From NCBI GenBank assembly GCA_964466295.1, contig CAYXRC010000003.1:87059-151058 (forward strand): DNA of 64,000 bases, in the 5' to 3' direction. Numbering within the stretch: the first letter of the stretch is position 1; the number at the start of each line of letters is the position of its first letter. The notes under the pieces are model-generated. The model was not told where the DNA came from. It searched no databases and worked only from the letters and a program-made list of their open reading frames with translations. The translations under genes and the position numbers were made by a program. This document shows positions 19,398 through 30,280 of this stretch, in pieces. The DNA is from an uncultured Ruminococcus sp. (GTDB lineage: Bacteria; Bacillota; Clostridia; CAKSNL01; HGM11501).

Positions 19398-22300
19398 TTA
19401 TTCCTCAACGTCGCTCAGCTTAAGCGACAAAAGCCTTGTTACGCCCTTTTCCTGCATAGTCACTCCGTATAACATGTCCGCAGATTCCATAGTTCCGCGT
19501 CTGTGAGTTATGACTAAAAACTGTGTTTTTTCGTAATTTCTTAAAAATGAAGCAAATCTTTGAACATTGCTTTCGTCCAGCGCCGCCTCAATCTCGTCCA
19601 ATACGCAAAACGGCGTGGGACGCACCGACAGCATTGCGAAAAACAGTGCTATTGCCGCAATCGCCTTTTCTCCGCCGGATAAAAGCATTATATTCTGAAG
19701 CTTTTTGCCCGGAGGCTGAAGCTCGATTTCAATTCCGCTTTCCAAAACGTCTGACGGCTCAGACAATAGAATGTTTGCCGTTCCGCCGCCCGTTAAGGCA
19801 ATATATGTTTCCCTGAAATTTTCGTTTATTTTTTCAAACTGCTCCTCAAACTGATGGGACATTATCCCCTGCATATCGGTAATGATTTTTTCAAGATTCG
19901 CTTTTGTGTCGGTCATATCCTTTTTCTGAGCGGATAAAAATTCATACCGTTCTGATACGTTTTTATAGTCCTCTATTGCGGCGACATTTATTGTGCCAAG
20001 CTCCTTAATTTCTTTTTTGAGCTTGCTGATATGGGCGCCGGATGCGGTTTTGCCCTTTTTATCACGCTCGGCTACGGCTTCGGAAAAGGTAAGCTCGTAC
20101 TCCTCCCACAGCTTTCCTATATCCTCTTCGACCGCCTGACCTAAGCCCTCGATTTTACTCTGAAGCTTGGTCATCTCCTGGGCTAAGCTTATCACCCTAT
20201 CCTGTATCGCTTTATTGTCCTCTCTGAGCTTTAAGGTATTAGAATCACGTTTTGCAAACTCATCCTTGCTCTCCTCAAGCTCGGAAAGCTTTTCTGAATG
20301 TTTTTTCTTAAGCGTTTCAATATGCTGTTTAATAAGCTCCTTTTCCTCGGAAATTTTTCTTTCGTCCTCTGAGGCTTTTTGGATTTCAAGCTCCTTTGCC
20401 TCTAAAAGAGCACGACGCGAATCCGCTCCCTGTCTTGCCGCATCAAGTGCGTTAAAATACATTTCAATATCCCGTGAAGCGTTATTTATCTCCATGGTTT
20501 TGTCTATCCTGTTTTTATTCATTGCCTCAAGCTCTTCACGGGCTCTTTCAAGCTCTAAGGTAAGCTTTTTAAGGCTTTCCTTTTCTACCTCAAGTGCTGC
20601 CTTCGCCTGCTCGATTGACTTTTTTAGTTCCTCCTTTGCCTTATCCCTGTTTTCAAGGCTGTAAACCAACTCTTTTTTTGCACTGTCAAGCTCGTCAAAC
20701 CGCTTTTCCAGGCTTTTTAATATACTGTCCTTTGCCTCTATCTTATAAAGTATATCGGAAAGCTTATTTTTATTCTCCTCGGATTTTACACTGATGTCCT
20801 CAGCTTTGCTTTTTAGTGAATCAATCTCGTCATTTTTCTTGTCTATTTCCTTTTCCGTTTTTCTTAAAGCCTCTCTGCCTCTTGAAACCTCTTCCTTCAA
20901 GGTTTCTATCTCCTGCTTTCTTGAAAGAAGTCCGCGGATTTTACTCATGCTTCCGCCCGTTACCGCTCCTCCGGAATTTATGTATTCGCCGGTTAATGTT
21001 ACGATTTTTACCTTGCCGTTCTGCTTTTTATAAAGTGCGGCGGCGTTATCGAAGCTGTCGCAGAGTGCCACATTTCCCAAGAGATTAAGCACCGCAGGTC
21101 TTACCTTTTCTTCGCAATTGACAAAATCAGACACTGCACCCAAAAATCCGGGTGAGGACATTTTATCCAGCGACCTTGTTTTTATCATGTTGAGAGGTAA
21201 AAATGTCGCCCGGCCTCTTCCTTTGGATTTCAAATAGTTTATTGCCGCCTTTGAGTCAGAGTCGCTCTCCGTGACGATATTTTGCATAGAGCCGCCCAAA
21301 GCCGCCTCCACTGCGGGAATGTACCTTGCTTCAACATGTATTAACTCCGAAAGAATGCCCAGTATTCCCTTAAGGCTTTTATTTTCAATAACGCTTTTAA
21401 CCGCTCCCGAATAACCGTCCATGTCCTTCTCAAGCTCTTCCAAGAATTTAAGACGGGACGCATATTCCGAATTTTTCTTGCTTTCGGAATTATAGGCTTC
21501 CTCAAGAGCGTCAAGCTCGGAAAGCGCCAAGGCATAAGAGGCGTTCATCTCATTTTTTATCTGTGAAAGGTCATCTCTCTGTTTCTCGCACTTTTTTCTT
21601 TGCTCATTTAAGGCAGAAATCTCTTCCCTTGCAGAATCTAATTCCTTTTTCATAGACTCCGCCTCATGCGCCAGTGCGTTAAGTCTTTTACTCTGCTCGT
21701 CGGCTATAACGTCAAAGGACTCAAGCCGCCCGGTTTTTCCCTCGATTTCCACCGCAAGAGAGTCCGTATATGAAGCTTTTTTTGCCGTATTTTTAGAAAG
21801 CTCGTCGGTTTTCTCTCTTAATGAGGCAATATCCATAGCGTTAAGCTCTCTCATAAGGCTTTCCTTTTTTGCCTTAGCGTCAAAAACACGTCTTTCTGCC
21901 TCTTCTATAGAATTTCCCTCGTTCTCCTTAATTAAAGAAGCTATTTCCTCTCTAAGCCTTGTTACATTTGCACGTATATTTTCAATATTACTGTCCTTAA
22001 GAGCCGTTTCAGCTTCTTTTCTGGTTATTTCCACGATGATTTCCGAGGCCTCGTTTTTTATTTTTTCAAGGCTTGAATCAAAAAGCTTCTTTTCCTCGTA
22101 ATAGGCTTCGATTGCTTTTTCATTTTTCTCAGACTCTTCTTTTGCTTGGTCAAACTGCTGTTTTATATCGTTATAGCTGTTATTTGCCTTATCGTATGCG
22201 CTTTTGTTTTTTTCAATTGCATTGACAAAAGCCGTAACCTCTAAAGCCTTTAACTCCTCTGAAAGCACCAAAAATCTCTGTGCCTTTTCCGACTGCTCCG

Positions 22301-22916
22301 CCAAAGGTCCTATCTGGGCTTCAAGCTCTGCGACAATATCCTTGATTCTTAAAAGATTTTCGTTAGTCTTTAAAAGCTTTCGCTCAGCCTCGGCTTTTCT
22401 GTATTTATATTTTGATATTCCGGACGCCTCTTCAAACATGGACCTTCTGTCCTCGGGATTTGCGTAAAGTATCCTGTCGATTTTACCCTGTCCTATCACG
22501 CTGTAGCCATCCCGTCCCATGCCGGTATCCATAAGCATTTCATGAATATCTCTAAGGCGGCACGGGGTCTTGTTTATAAAATATTCGCCCTCGCCCGAAC
22601 GGTACACCCTTCTTGTAAAGGCGACCTCAGAGTAATCCACCGGAAGAATTTTATCCGAATTGTCAAGAGTAAGGGTAACCTCGGCAAATCCGCTGGGTTT
22701 TCTTTTAGATGTCCCGGCAAATATAACGTCCTCCATCTTGCTTCCTCTTAAGGTTTTGGCGCTCTGTTCGCCAAGTACCCATAATATAGCGTCGGAAATA
22801 TTGCTCTTGCCGCTTCCGTTAGGTCCGACAATGGCGCACACGTTGCCCGACAGCTCTATTTTAGTTTTATCGGCAAAGGACTTAAAGCCCTGCATGGTAA
22901 TGCTTTTTAATATCAT
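19398..22916 (-). CDS. smc: chromosome segregation protein SMC
   Basis: 1172 aa. The N-terminal Walker A is GPNGSGKSN. A long coiled coil is followed by a hinge. The C-terminal signature LSGGEK and Walker B are present. Confidence 0.95.
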   Translation of the reverse strand: MILKSITMQGFKSFADKTKIELSGNVCAIVGPNGSGKSNISDAILWVLGEQSAKTLRGSKMEDVIFAGTSKRKPSGFAEVTLTLDNSDKILPVDYSEVAFTRRVYRSGEGEYFINKTPCRLRDIHEMLMDTGMGRDGYSVIGQGKIDRILYANPEDRRSMFEEASGISKYKYRKAEAERKLLKTNENLLRIKDIVAELEAQIGPLAEQSEKAQRFLVLSEELKALEVTAFVNAIEKNKSAYDKANNSYNDIKQQFDQAKEESEKNEKAIEAYYEEKKLFDSSLEKIKNEASEIIVEITRKEAETALKDSNIENIRANVTRLREEIASLIKENEGNSIEEAERRVFDAKAKKESLMRELNAMDIASLREKTDELSKNTAKKASYTDSLAVEIEGKTGRLESFDVIADEQSKRLNALAHEAESMKKELDSAREEISALNEQRKKCEKQRDDLSQIKNEMNASYALALSELDALEEAYNSESKKNSEYASRLKFLEELEKDMDGYSGAVKSVIENKSLKGILGILSELIHVEARYIPAVEAALGGSMQNIVTESDSDSKAAINYLKSKGRGRATFLPLNMIKTRSLDKMSSPGFLGAVSDFVNCEEKVRPAVLNLLGNVALCDSFDNAAALYKKQNGKVKIVTLTGEYINSGGAVTGGSMSKIRGLLSRKQEIETLKEEVSRGREALRKTEKEIDKKNDEIDSLKSKAEDISVKSEENKNKLSDILYKIEAKDSILKSLEKRFDELDSAKKELVYSLENRDKAKEELKKSIEQAKAALEVEKESLKKLTLELERAREELEAMNKNRIDKTMEINNASRDIEMYFNALDAARQGADSRRALLEAKELEIQKASEDERKISEEKELIKQHIETLKKKHSEKLSELEESKDEFAKRDSNTLKLREDNKAIQDRVISLAQEMTKLQSKIEGLGQAVEEDIGKLWEEYELTFSEAVAERDKKGKTASGAHISKLKKEIKELGTINVAAIEDYKNVSERYEFLSAQKKDMTDTKANLEKIITDMQGIMSHQFEEQFEKINENFRETYIALTGGGTANILLSEPSDVLESGIEIELQPPGKKLQNIMLLSGGEKAIAAIALFFAMLSVRPTPFCVLDEIEAALDESNVQRFASFLRNYEKTQFLVITHRRGTMESADMLYGVTMQEKGVTRLLSLKLSDVEE

Positions 22917-22934
22917 CGGTTAATACGTCCTTGA

Positions 22935-24803
22935 TTAATTTTCCGTGGTTTCTTCGGTTTCTTTTGTTTCTCTTTCAGGCTCGTCGGTTCCGTTATATAC
23001 CGCCTCAAACTCCTCGCCGGTTAAAACCTCTTTTTCAATTAAAGCTGCGGCTACCGCTTCGAGCTTATCCTTATGCTCTTTAAGGATTTTCTTACATTCT
23101 TCGTAAGCGTTTCTTATAATAGAATCCACTTCTTCATCAATAAGCGCCGCAGTTGAGTCTGAATAATTCTGGGCATGACCGTAATCTCTTCCTATGAATA
23201 TTTCTTCCTCGGAGCCGAAGCTTCTGGAGCCCAATTTATCGCTCATACCGTACTTTGTTACCATATCGGTAGCTATCTTTGTGGCATGCTGAATATCGCT
23301 TGACGCCCCTGTATTAATCTCGCCGAAAATCATTTCCTCGGCGACTCTTCCTCCCATTGCCATTACGATGTCCTCATACATTTCCCTTTTGGAAATATAG
23401 GGCTTGTCGTGGTCGGGAAGCGACATGGTAAATCCGCCGGCTCTTCCTCTCGGAATGATAGAAACCTGATGCACCTTATCCTGAGTGGGAAGGCACCTTG
23501 ACGCAACAGCATGACCTGCCTCGTGATAAGCCGTCTGCTTTTTGTCCTTGTCCTTCATTTCCTTCGACTTCTTTTCCGGTCCCATAACAACCTTAAGCAT
23601 TGCGTCGTCTAAATGGTGCTGACTTATTTCGTTTTTATTTTCACGTGCCGCCAAAAGCGCCGCCTCATTTAAGAGATTTTCCAAATCGGCGCCTGTAAAC
23701 CCGTAGGTCGTCTTTGCGACAACGGAAAGGTCGACATCCCTGCCCAAAGGCTTATTTTTTGCGTGAACCTTTAATATTTCAAGGCGTGCCTTCTGGTCGG
23801 GATAGCCTACGTATATCTGTCTGTCAAATCTGCCCGGACGCATAAGAGCCGGATCCAATATGTCCGCTCTGTTTGTCGCCGCAAGAACTATTGTTCCTTC
23901 GTTTACACCGAAGCCGTCCATCTCAACTAAAAGCTGATTTAAGGTCTGTTCTCTTTCGTCATGTCCTCCGCCAAGACCTGCGCCTCTGTGTCTTCCTACT
24001 GCGTCTATCTCGTCGATAAATATTATTGACGGCTGATTTTTCTTCGCCTGTTCAAAGAGATCTCTCACTCTTGACGCACCGACTCCGACGAACATCTCAA
24101 CGAAGTCCGAGCCGCTTATGCTGAAAAACGGAGCGTTTGCTTCTCCGGCAACAGCCTTGGCAAGTAAAGTTTTACCTGTTCCGGGAGGTCCTATTAAGAG
24201 AACGCCCTTAGGAATTCTTGCGCCCAAATCCGTATACTTCTTGGGATTTTTTAAGAACTCGACTATTTCGGTAAGCTCTTCCTTTTCTTCGTCTACTCCG
24301 GCAACATCGGCAAAGGTTACCCTTTTATTTTCCGGAACGGCGGCCTTTGTCTTTATTTTTCCGAAATTCATAGCTCCTGCGCCGCCGGACGCATTTTTCA
24401 TCATCATGCTCCAGACTATTGCGATAATTATAATAATGAAAAAGGGTGACAGAAGCGAAATCCACGCATAAACAGATGACTGCTCCGGATAGCTTACCGT
24501 AAGAGCGCCGGACTCAATCTGTTTATCCATCTCTTCCCCTGCCTGTGCGTATAAAAGCTCCTTTGAGGGTATGTCATATATTACAACCTTTGCTCTGCCG
24601 TCCTCTGCCTTTTCCTTATATGTCGCCTTTGCTCTGGTGTCGGATATTTCCAAACGCTCAATTTTCTCTGCGCTTATATCTTTTATGAGATCTGAATATA
24701 AAATTTCCTGCTTCGGCACCTGCCCTATTATAAACATATAAGCAAGACTCATTACGACCATTATGGCGACGGCCGCTAAAAGTCCCTTAACATTTTTGTT
24801 CAA
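22935..24803 (-). CDS. ftsH: ATP-dependent zinc metalloprotease FtsH
   Basis: 622 aa with the AAA Walker A GPPGTGKT, the SRH motif and the HEAGHA zinc-binding site. Confidence 0.95.
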   Translation of the reverse strand: MNKNVKGLLAAVAIMVVMSLAYMFIIGQVPKQEILYSDLIKDISAEKIERLEISDTRAKATYKEKAEDGRAKVVIYDIPSKELLYAQAGEEMDKQIESGALTVSYPEQSSVYAWISLLSPFFIIIIIAIVWSMMMKNASGGAGAMNFGKIKTKAAVPENKRVTFADVAGVDEEKEELTEIVEFLKNPKKYTDLGARIPKGVLLIGPPGTGKTLLAKAVAGEANAPFFSISGSDFVEMFVGVGASRVRDLFEQAKKNQPSIIFIDEIDAVGRHRGAGLGGGHDEREQTLNQLLVEMDGFGVNEGTIVLAATNRADILDPALMRPGRFDRQIYVGYPDQKARLEILKVHAKNKPLGRDVDLSVVAKTTYGFTGADLENLLNEAALLAARENKNEISQHHLDDAMLKVVMGPEKKSKEMKDKDKKQTAYHEAGHAVASRCLPTQDKVHQVSIIPRGRAGGFTMSLPDHDKPYISKREMYEDIVMAMGGRVAEEMIFGEINTGASSDIQHATKIATDMVTKYGMSDKLGSRSFGSEEEIFIGRDYGHAQNYSDSTAALIDEEVDSIIRNAYEECKKILKEHKDKLEAVAAALIEKEVLTGEEFEAVYNGTDEPERETKETEETTEN

Positions 24804-24822
24804 AGAAATAACCCCCTAATAC

Positions 24823-25362
24823 TTATTTTGTATATATTTTCGGATCCAAAACGCCGATATACGGAAGATTTCTGTACTTTTCATCGTAATCAAGTCCGTA
24901 TCCGACAACGAATTCGTCGGGAATTTCAAATCCGTAATAGTCTATATCTATATCCGTCCTTCTGCGTGACGGTTTATTTAAAAGCGTGCATATTTTTACG
25001 CTTGCCGCCTTTCTGTCAGCTAAAAGCCTTTTCAAATAAGCCATGGTATAACCGCTGTCAACAATGTCCTCCACAATAAGGACATCCTTGCCGGAAAGGA
25101 TGGTGTCCACATCCTTTTTTAAGTTAACAACGCCTGAGGTTTCGCTCTCCTTACCGTAGCTTGAAACAGCCATAAAATCTATCTGCATTGGAACTTTAAT
25201 TTTTTTTATAAGGTCGGACGCAAAAACCACTCCGCCCTTTAGGATGCCTATCAGTACAAGCTCTTTTCCCTCGTAGTCCTTGGTAATTTTATCGGCTATC
25301 TCGCTTGTCTTTCTGTCAAGCTCCTCCTCGGTTATTAATATCTTTTCCAAATCCTTATTCAT
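24823..25362 (-). CDS. hpt: hypoxanthine phosphoribosyltransferase
   Basis: 179 aa with the PRPP-binding motif LIVEDIVDSGYT. The conserved tilS-hpt-ftsH order supports the call. Confidence 0.9.
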   Translation of the reverse strand: MNKDLEKILITEEELDRKTSEIADKITKDYEGKELVLIGILKGGVVFASDLIKKIKVPMQIDFMAVSSYGKESETSGVVNLKKDVDTILSGKDVLIVEDIVDSGYTMAYLKRLLADRKAASVKICTLLNKPSRRRTDIDIDYYGFEIPDEFVVGYGLDYDEKYRNLPYIGVLDPKIYTK

Positions 25363-26689
25363 TATCGGTCTTCCCTTCGGTTATTTTTATCGTAACTGCT
25401 CTTTTGGTTTTACTGTCAGACGCTGCTCTTTTATCACAGCGTCCAAGAGCAAATATAACTTTCTCTTTATCGGTAATAACAGGATACCTTTCTCTTTTAT
25501 CACAAGGAAGCTTTGAATCGGTATATACCCTTTTAACCTTCTTTTCTCCGTCCATTCCCACCGGGCTTATTCTGTCGCCCTCCGTTTTCGGTCTTGCATA
25601 AAGAGGCAGACTTACCTTATCCAAATCTATGCCTTTTTCACTTTTAATGACTGTAACGGTATAATCAGCCTCTTTTATATAGTTATTTCCCATTTTAAGC
25701 TCATAATTATAGTTTATTTTGTCGCCTCTTTTGCTAAACGCTATTTCATCGTAAATTCTTACTGCCTTAAAGCCTCCCGGAAGCTGCACTTCCTTTCCGG
25801 AGCTTAGGTTTTCAAGAGAAATAACGTCGGAAATCTGCTTGTCGGAAATTTCTTTTACTCCTGCTTTATATGCGCTCTCTGCCGCAACATATTCCTTCTC
25901 TGCCCTGTGCATTAAAGAAAAGCGATTTAATTCTATCCTGTCTTTAATACCTCCGTAATCCTTTTTAACGCTTTGGGCTATAAAGTCTGCGGCGGTTTTG
26001 CATTTTTGGGCAGTTCTTTTTGCCGAGTCTAAAAAATCATTATTTATTTTTGTCATTTGAGGCAAAATAAGATGCCGTATTTTATTTCTTGTGTAGTTAT
26101 CCGAAAGGTTTGTGCTGTCCGTAATATATTCTATGCCGTAAAGGCTTAGAAACTCCTCTATTTCGCTTCTTTTCGTATAAAGAAGCGGTCTTATAATGTT
26201 GTCGTTTTTTATTTTAATTCCTGAAAGTCCGAAAACGGATGAGCCCCTCGCCAGCCTCATGACCATAGTTTCCGCCAAGTCGTTAAGGTTATGCGCCACC
26301 GCAATTTTACTTCTTTTTCTCTCGTTCGCCAAGTCGTTAAAAAATCTGTACCGCTCCCGTCTTCCGACCTCCTCGGTGTTTTCGCCGGCAGAAAGAGCCG
26401 GAATATCGCACCGTCTTAAATGAAATTCTATGCCTTCCTTTTCGCATAGGCTGCAAGAAAACTCCTCATCTCTTAAAGCCTCGTCCCCTCTTATCATGTG
26501 ATTTAAGTGTGCGGCGCACAGCGAAAATCCGATAGTTTCGGACAAAGCCTTAAGGCAGTATAAAAGGCATACCGAATCGGCTCCGCCCGACAGGGCACAA
26601 ATGACCGTATCGCCCTTTTCTATAAGACGGTTTTCCGTAACGGTATTTTTTATTTTTTCAATAAAGCTATCCTTTGTACATACTTTCAA
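25355..26689 (-). CDS. tilS: tRNA(Ile)-lysidine synthetase
   Basis: 444 aa with the PP-loop SGGADS near the N-terminus. Confidence 0.9.
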   Translation of the reverse strand: MKVCTKDSFIEKIKNTVTENRLIEKGDTVICALSGGADSVCLLYCLKALSETIGFSLCAAHLNHMIRGDEALRDEEFSCSLCEKEGIEFHLRRCDIPALSAGENTEEVGRRERYRFFNDLANERKRSKIAVAHNLNDLAETMVMRLARGSSVFGLSGIKIKNDNIIRPLLYTKRSEIEEFLSLYGIEYITDSTNLSDNYTRNKIRHLILPQMTKINNDFLDSAKRTAQKCKTAADFIAQSVKKDYGGIKDRIELNRFSLMHRAEKEYVAAESAYKAGVKEISDKQISDVISLENLSSGKEVQLPGGFKAVRIYDEIAFSKRGDKINYNYELKMGNNYIKEADYTVTVIKSEKGIDLDKVSLPLYARPKTEGDRISPVGMDGEKKVKRVYTDSKLPCDKRERYPVITDKEKVIFALGRCDKRAASDSKTKRAVTIKITEGKTDNE

Positions 26690-27983
26690 ATCTTACATAT
26701 TCTCCTCTGTAAACCAGCTCTATTTTTCCGGTTTCTCCGTTTCTGTGCTTTGCGATTATACACTCAGCCACATTATGCTTTTCAGATTCCGGATTATAGT
26801 AAGCGTCCCTGTAAAGAAACATTACTATATCTGCGTCCTGCTCTATCGCTCCCGACTCTCTTAGGTCTGAAAGCATAGGCCTTTTATCCTGTCTTGACTC
26901 GACGGCACGGGAAAGCTGTGAAAGCGCCAGCACCGGAACGTTAAGCTCCTTGGCAAGAATCTTTAGTGACCTTGATATTTCCGAAATCTCCTGCTGTCTG
27001 CTATCGGATTTTCTGCCTGCCTGCATAAGCTGTATATGATCTATTACAATAAGTCCCAGACCTTTTTCGGACTGAGCAAGCCTTCTGCATTTAGCTCTTA
27101 TTTCACTTATGCCGATTCCGGCAGTATCGTCTATGTAAATAGGCGCCGAAGAAAGTGTTCCTATAGCCTGGGCAAGTCGAGAGCAGTCCTCCGCATTAAG
27201 GTCGCCCACCCTGAATTTACTGTTTTCCACCAGCGCCTCGCTGCATATCATACGGTTGACTATCTGTTCCTTACTCATTTCCAGGTTGAAAACCGCAACC
27301 GGCACTTTGGAGTTTATTGCAATATGCTGGGCAATATTTAATGCAAATGCCGTTTTTCCCATAGCGGGACGTGCCGCAACCAATACAAGGTCGGACTTCT
27401 GAAGCCCTGCCAAAATATTGTCAAGGTCGGAAAAGCCCGTTGGTATGCCGGCTATTCTTCCTCCTGCCTCCCTGAGTTTTTCCACATTATCAATAGAGCT
27501 TACCAAAACGTCCCTTATATGGGAAAAGCCCATATTCTGTCTGCCTTCGGCAATGGCAAAAACCTTTTGCTCGGCACGGTCTAAAATAACCTCTGCGTCC
27601 TCCTCGGCATTATAGCACATCTCGGATATTTCATTCGATGCTTCAATAAGCTTTCTCATATTGGAGGTCTTTTTTATTATCTGGATATGCTGCATAAGAT
27701 TCTGGGACGTAACCACCGACATGGCAAGCCTTGACAAATAGTTAAGTCCGCCGGCCGACTCTATTTTACTGCCCAAGGCACTCGAAACAGTGACAATATC
27801 CACCGGCTGACCGGTGTCAAAAAGCATCTTAGATGAGTCAAATATCAATCTGTGGGCTTCCGTATAAAAATCGTCGGTTTTTATCTCGGCAAACACCTCG
27901 GACAGGGCGTTTGAGTTCGTAAGCATACAACCTAATACCGCCTGTTCGGCGCTCATATTGTAAGGCGCCTGCCTGCCCTCCAT
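26667..27983 (-). CDS. dnaB: replicative DNA helicase DnaB
   Basis: 438 aa. The N-terminal domain has AEQAVLG. The RecA-like domain has the Walker A ARPAMGKTAF. Its normal length means no intein is present. Confidence 0.9.
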   Translation of the reverse strand: MEGRQAPYNMSAEQAVLGCMLTNSNALSEVFAEIKTDDFYTEAHRLIFDSSKMLFDTGQPVDIVTVSSALGSKIESAGGLNYLSRLAMSVVTSQNLMQHIQIIKKTSNMRKLIEASNEISEMCYNAEEDAEVILDRAEQKVFAIAEGRQNMGFSHIRDVLVSSIDNVEKLREAGGRIAGIPTGFSDLDNILAGLQKSDLVLVAARPAMGKTAFALNIAQHIAINSKVPVAVFNLEMSKEQIVNRMICSEALVENSKFRVGDLNAEDCSRLAQAIGTLSSAPIYIDDTAGIGISEIRAKCRRLAQSEKGLGLIVIDHIQLMQAGRKSDSRQQEISEISRSLKILAKELNVPVLALSQLSRAVESRQDKRPMLSDLRESGAIEQDADIVMFLYRDAYYNPESEKHNVAECIIAKHRNGETGKIELVYRGEYVRFESMYKG

Positions 27984-28000
27984 AAAATCACCTCTTACTT

Positions 28001-28450
28001 TCAGCCCTCGGCTGTTACGTTTACTTTTATTTTAGCCGTTATGGACGGATATACCTTTACCTCAACCTCTGTTATTCCTATATGCTTTATTCCGTCCGGA
28101 ATGGAAAATTTCTTCTTTTCTATTACGATATGATGCTGCATTTTAAGAGCGTTCGCCACATCCTGTGCCGTTACGGAGCCGAAAAGCTTTCCGTTTTCTC
28201 CTGCCTTGGCAGAAAGCTCAACCGTAACGCCGTTAAGCTTCTCGGCGGTTTCCTTTGCTGCCAAAACCTCGGTGTTATGCTTAAATTCCGCCGCCTCTTT
28301 TTGCCCTTTAAGGTCGTTTAACGCATTGCTGGTAGCTTCCTTTGCCAAGCCTCTCGGCAGAAGAAAATTTCTTGCATAGCCGTCGCTTACATTAATTATA
28401 TCCCCTTTTTTCCCTTGCGACTTTACATCCTTTATCAATACAACCTTCAT
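28001..28450 (-). CDS. rplI: 50S ribosomal protein L9
   Basis: 149 aa beginning MKV(V/I)L..DV...GKKGD...V..GYARNFL. Confidence 0.9.
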   Translation of the reverse strand: MKVVLIKDVKSQGKKGDIINVSDGYARNFLLPRGLAKEATSNALNDLKGQKEAAEFKHNTEVLAAKETAEKLNGVTVELSAKAGENGKLFGSVTAQDVANALKMQHHIVIEKKKFSIPDGIKHIGITEVEVKVYPSITAKIKVNVTAEG

Positions 28451-29349
28451 TTTGTGTCATTCCTTTCCCTGTTTTCACTCTTGCCCGTAAACGAGCTTAT
28501 TATTCCCACCGGCACGAAAACCGTACCGAAGGTGAAAATTCCTGTTATTGCCGTGATTATTCCGACTGCGGAATTTTTTTTGACGATATTTTTCAAAAAT
28601 CTCACAAAGGCCGCCGCTCCGCACGCAAGATAAATTACGTACATAAAATAAAGCGCGTTTAGGGTGATTATATTTACCGATCCGCCTGAGAAAAACGCCG
28701 ATACAAAAAGAATCAGCGCAAAAACGGTAAACGTTTTATCCGCTCTCATATCCTTAAAGTTACGGATAGAGGAAAATCTTATCCCGCTTCTTTTTACCAT
28801 AGCTTTAACCGCCGCAAAGGTCAGAAAAGCAAACATAAGCGACGAGGTTAATACTATGGCAGGAATGAGATTCCCCATATAGCTCCATACCGACTCTATA
28901 AGCTCTATCTGTGCGTTTGAATATCCGGCTTGAGTCATCTGCTCTAAAAGATTTTCCGGAAAATCGCCCACAAGAAGATTTTGTATAGTGGTATGTCTTA
29001 ATACAGACTCGTAATAATAATATCCGAAAAGCCCCAAGGCACGGGCAAATGTACCGGCACCCAAAACCGTACTTAAGGTTTGTCCTCTTTTAATCGCCAT
29101 ACTCATTGCGGCGGCAGGAAGAATTAAAGACAACGCCATTATCGTACCGCCTGCCATATCCTCTGACATTAATGCGTATAAAACAGTACAGATAAAGGCG
29201 GAGAGAAAAGTTACCTTAGCCGGAAAAATCAGCGCCGCCACCGTAAATACGCATGCTAATATTATCATTGCCAGTTCAGACTGAAAAAGCGCCGTAAGCA
29301 TGGTCATCACGGCAAGCATCCATATATACCTTATTACCGCTTTATTCAA
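28447..29349 (-). CDS. DUF2232 (YybS-like) polytopic membrane protein
   Basis: 300 aa with many transmembrane helices. It lies immediately upstream of rplI-dnaB, which is the yybS position in Firmicutes. No gdpP lies between it and rplI. Confidence 0.65.
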   Translation of the reverse strand: MNKAVIRYIWMLAVMTMLTALFQSELAMIILACVFTVAALIFPAKVTFLSAFICTVLYALMSEDMAGGTIMALSLILPAAAMSMAIKRGQTLSTVLGAGTFARALGLFGYYYYESVLRHTTIQNLLVGDFPENLLEQMTQAGYSNAQIELIESVWSYMGNLIPAIVLTSSLMFAFLTFAAVKAMVKRSGIRFSSIRNFKDMRADKTFTVFALILFVSAFFSGGSVNIITLNALYFMYVIYLACGAAAFVRFLKNIVKKNSAVGIITAITGIFTFGTVFVPVGIISSFTGKSENRERNDTK

Positions 29350-29542
29350 TTTAAAATCTCCCTACATTCTTTATAAAAAGTATATTTATCTTAAGTATAT
29401 AAAGCCCTTGCACCGTATCCGGTGCAAAAACCCAAGCAGTATATGCCCCTATACGATTATATCTATGTATTGTATCACATTTTACACATCTTGTCAAAAC
29501 ATAAATTGTTTATTTTCGGTAAACAAAAAGTAAATAGATTTT

Positions 29543-29570
29543 AGGGGCGTGAAGGTTTTCCTTCACGCCC
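29543..29570 (-). terminator. terminator hairpin downstream of the sigma-factor fragment
   Basis: aggggcgtgaagg tttt ccttcacgcccct is a 13-bp perfect stem. It lies 6 nt after the stop of the sigG-like ORF. Confidence 0.6.
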
Positions 29571-29575
29571 CTACA

Positions 29576-30061
29576 TTATATATTCTTTTTCATAGCTTCT
29601 ATGGCGCTTTTCTCAAGTCTTGATACCTGCGCCTGACTTATGCCGACCTCCTCGGCAACCTCCATCTGGGTTTTCCCTTCAAAAAAGCGAAGCTTTACAA
29701 TTTTTCTTTCTCTGTCGCCGAGCTTTTTTATGGCTTCGGAAAGCGCAATGGACTCGGTCCAGTTTGTATCGTTGTTTTTTTCGTCGGATATCTGGTCCAT
29801 AACGAATACGGCGTCGGCGCCGTCGTGGTAAACCGGGTCGAAAAGTGATATGGGATCTGAAATTGCGTCCAAGGCGCAGTCCACCTCCTTTTTATCTACT
29901 CCTAAAACCTTTGCTATTTCGGCGTTTGACACCTCCGACTGTTTTTCACCGGAAAGCTTTTCTCTTACAGCTATAGCCTTATACGCCAAATCCCTTACGG
30001 AGCGGCTTACTCTTATGGCGTTATAGTCCCTTAAATACCTTCTTATTTCTCCGATTATCAT
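29576..30061 (-). pseudogene. sigG: N-terminally truncated SigG/SigF-type sporulation sigma factor (regions 2.4-4 only; region 1.2-2.3 absent)
   Basis: The 161-aa ORF aligns residue for residue with the C-terminal part of forespore sigma-G/F proteins. Examples are IIGEIRRYLRD..IRVSRS.RD.AYKA and TQMEVAEE.GISQAQVSRLEK. An in-frame TGA lies 4 codons upstream of the first Met. No ribosome-binding site is present. The 5' flank is AT-rich promoter DNA belonging to the divergent oadB-like gene. Confidence 0.7.
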
Positions 30062-30168
30062 CGGAATGAAGCTTCAAAGTCGAAATAAATGTGCATGAAA
30101 AAATAGTGCCATAAATAAGCTTAGCACCCTTTTCATTTTGTGACTTAAGAACTTTTATTATTTTTTTC

Positions 30169-30196
30169 TTGACAATCTTGATAAAATTTGTATAAT
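30169..30196 (+). promoter_or_regulatory. near-consensus sigma-A promoter (TTGACA-16-TATAAT, with TG immediately 5' of the -10)
   Basis: cTTGACAatcttgataaaatttgTATAATat. It drives the oadB-like gene through a roughly 145-nt leader. Confidence 0.7.
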
Positions 30197-30280
30197 ATAT
30201 ATTGTTAAAAGGGAGTAGCTAACGATTTTTCGTTTCATTGGCGTCAATACGGCTTTTTGCCCGCTTATGAATTAAAATGC

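Noticed and set aside
20167-21088. Several 80-165-aa plus-strand ORFs antisense to smc, plus similar antisense ORFs inside ftsH, nadE and the Cu-amine-oxidase-domain gene (4003-4479)
   Set aside because: They are Ser/Leu/Phe-rich low-complexity translations of the reverse strand of strongly biased coding sequence. None has a ribosome-binding site or a recognisable domain.
30062-30270. Possible frameshifted N-terminal half of the sigG-like gene just upstream of the fragment
   Set aside because: I translated all three minus-strand frames of this interval. None encodes sigma region 2 motifs. The interval is AT-rich and contains the consensus promoter of the divergent oadB-like gene.
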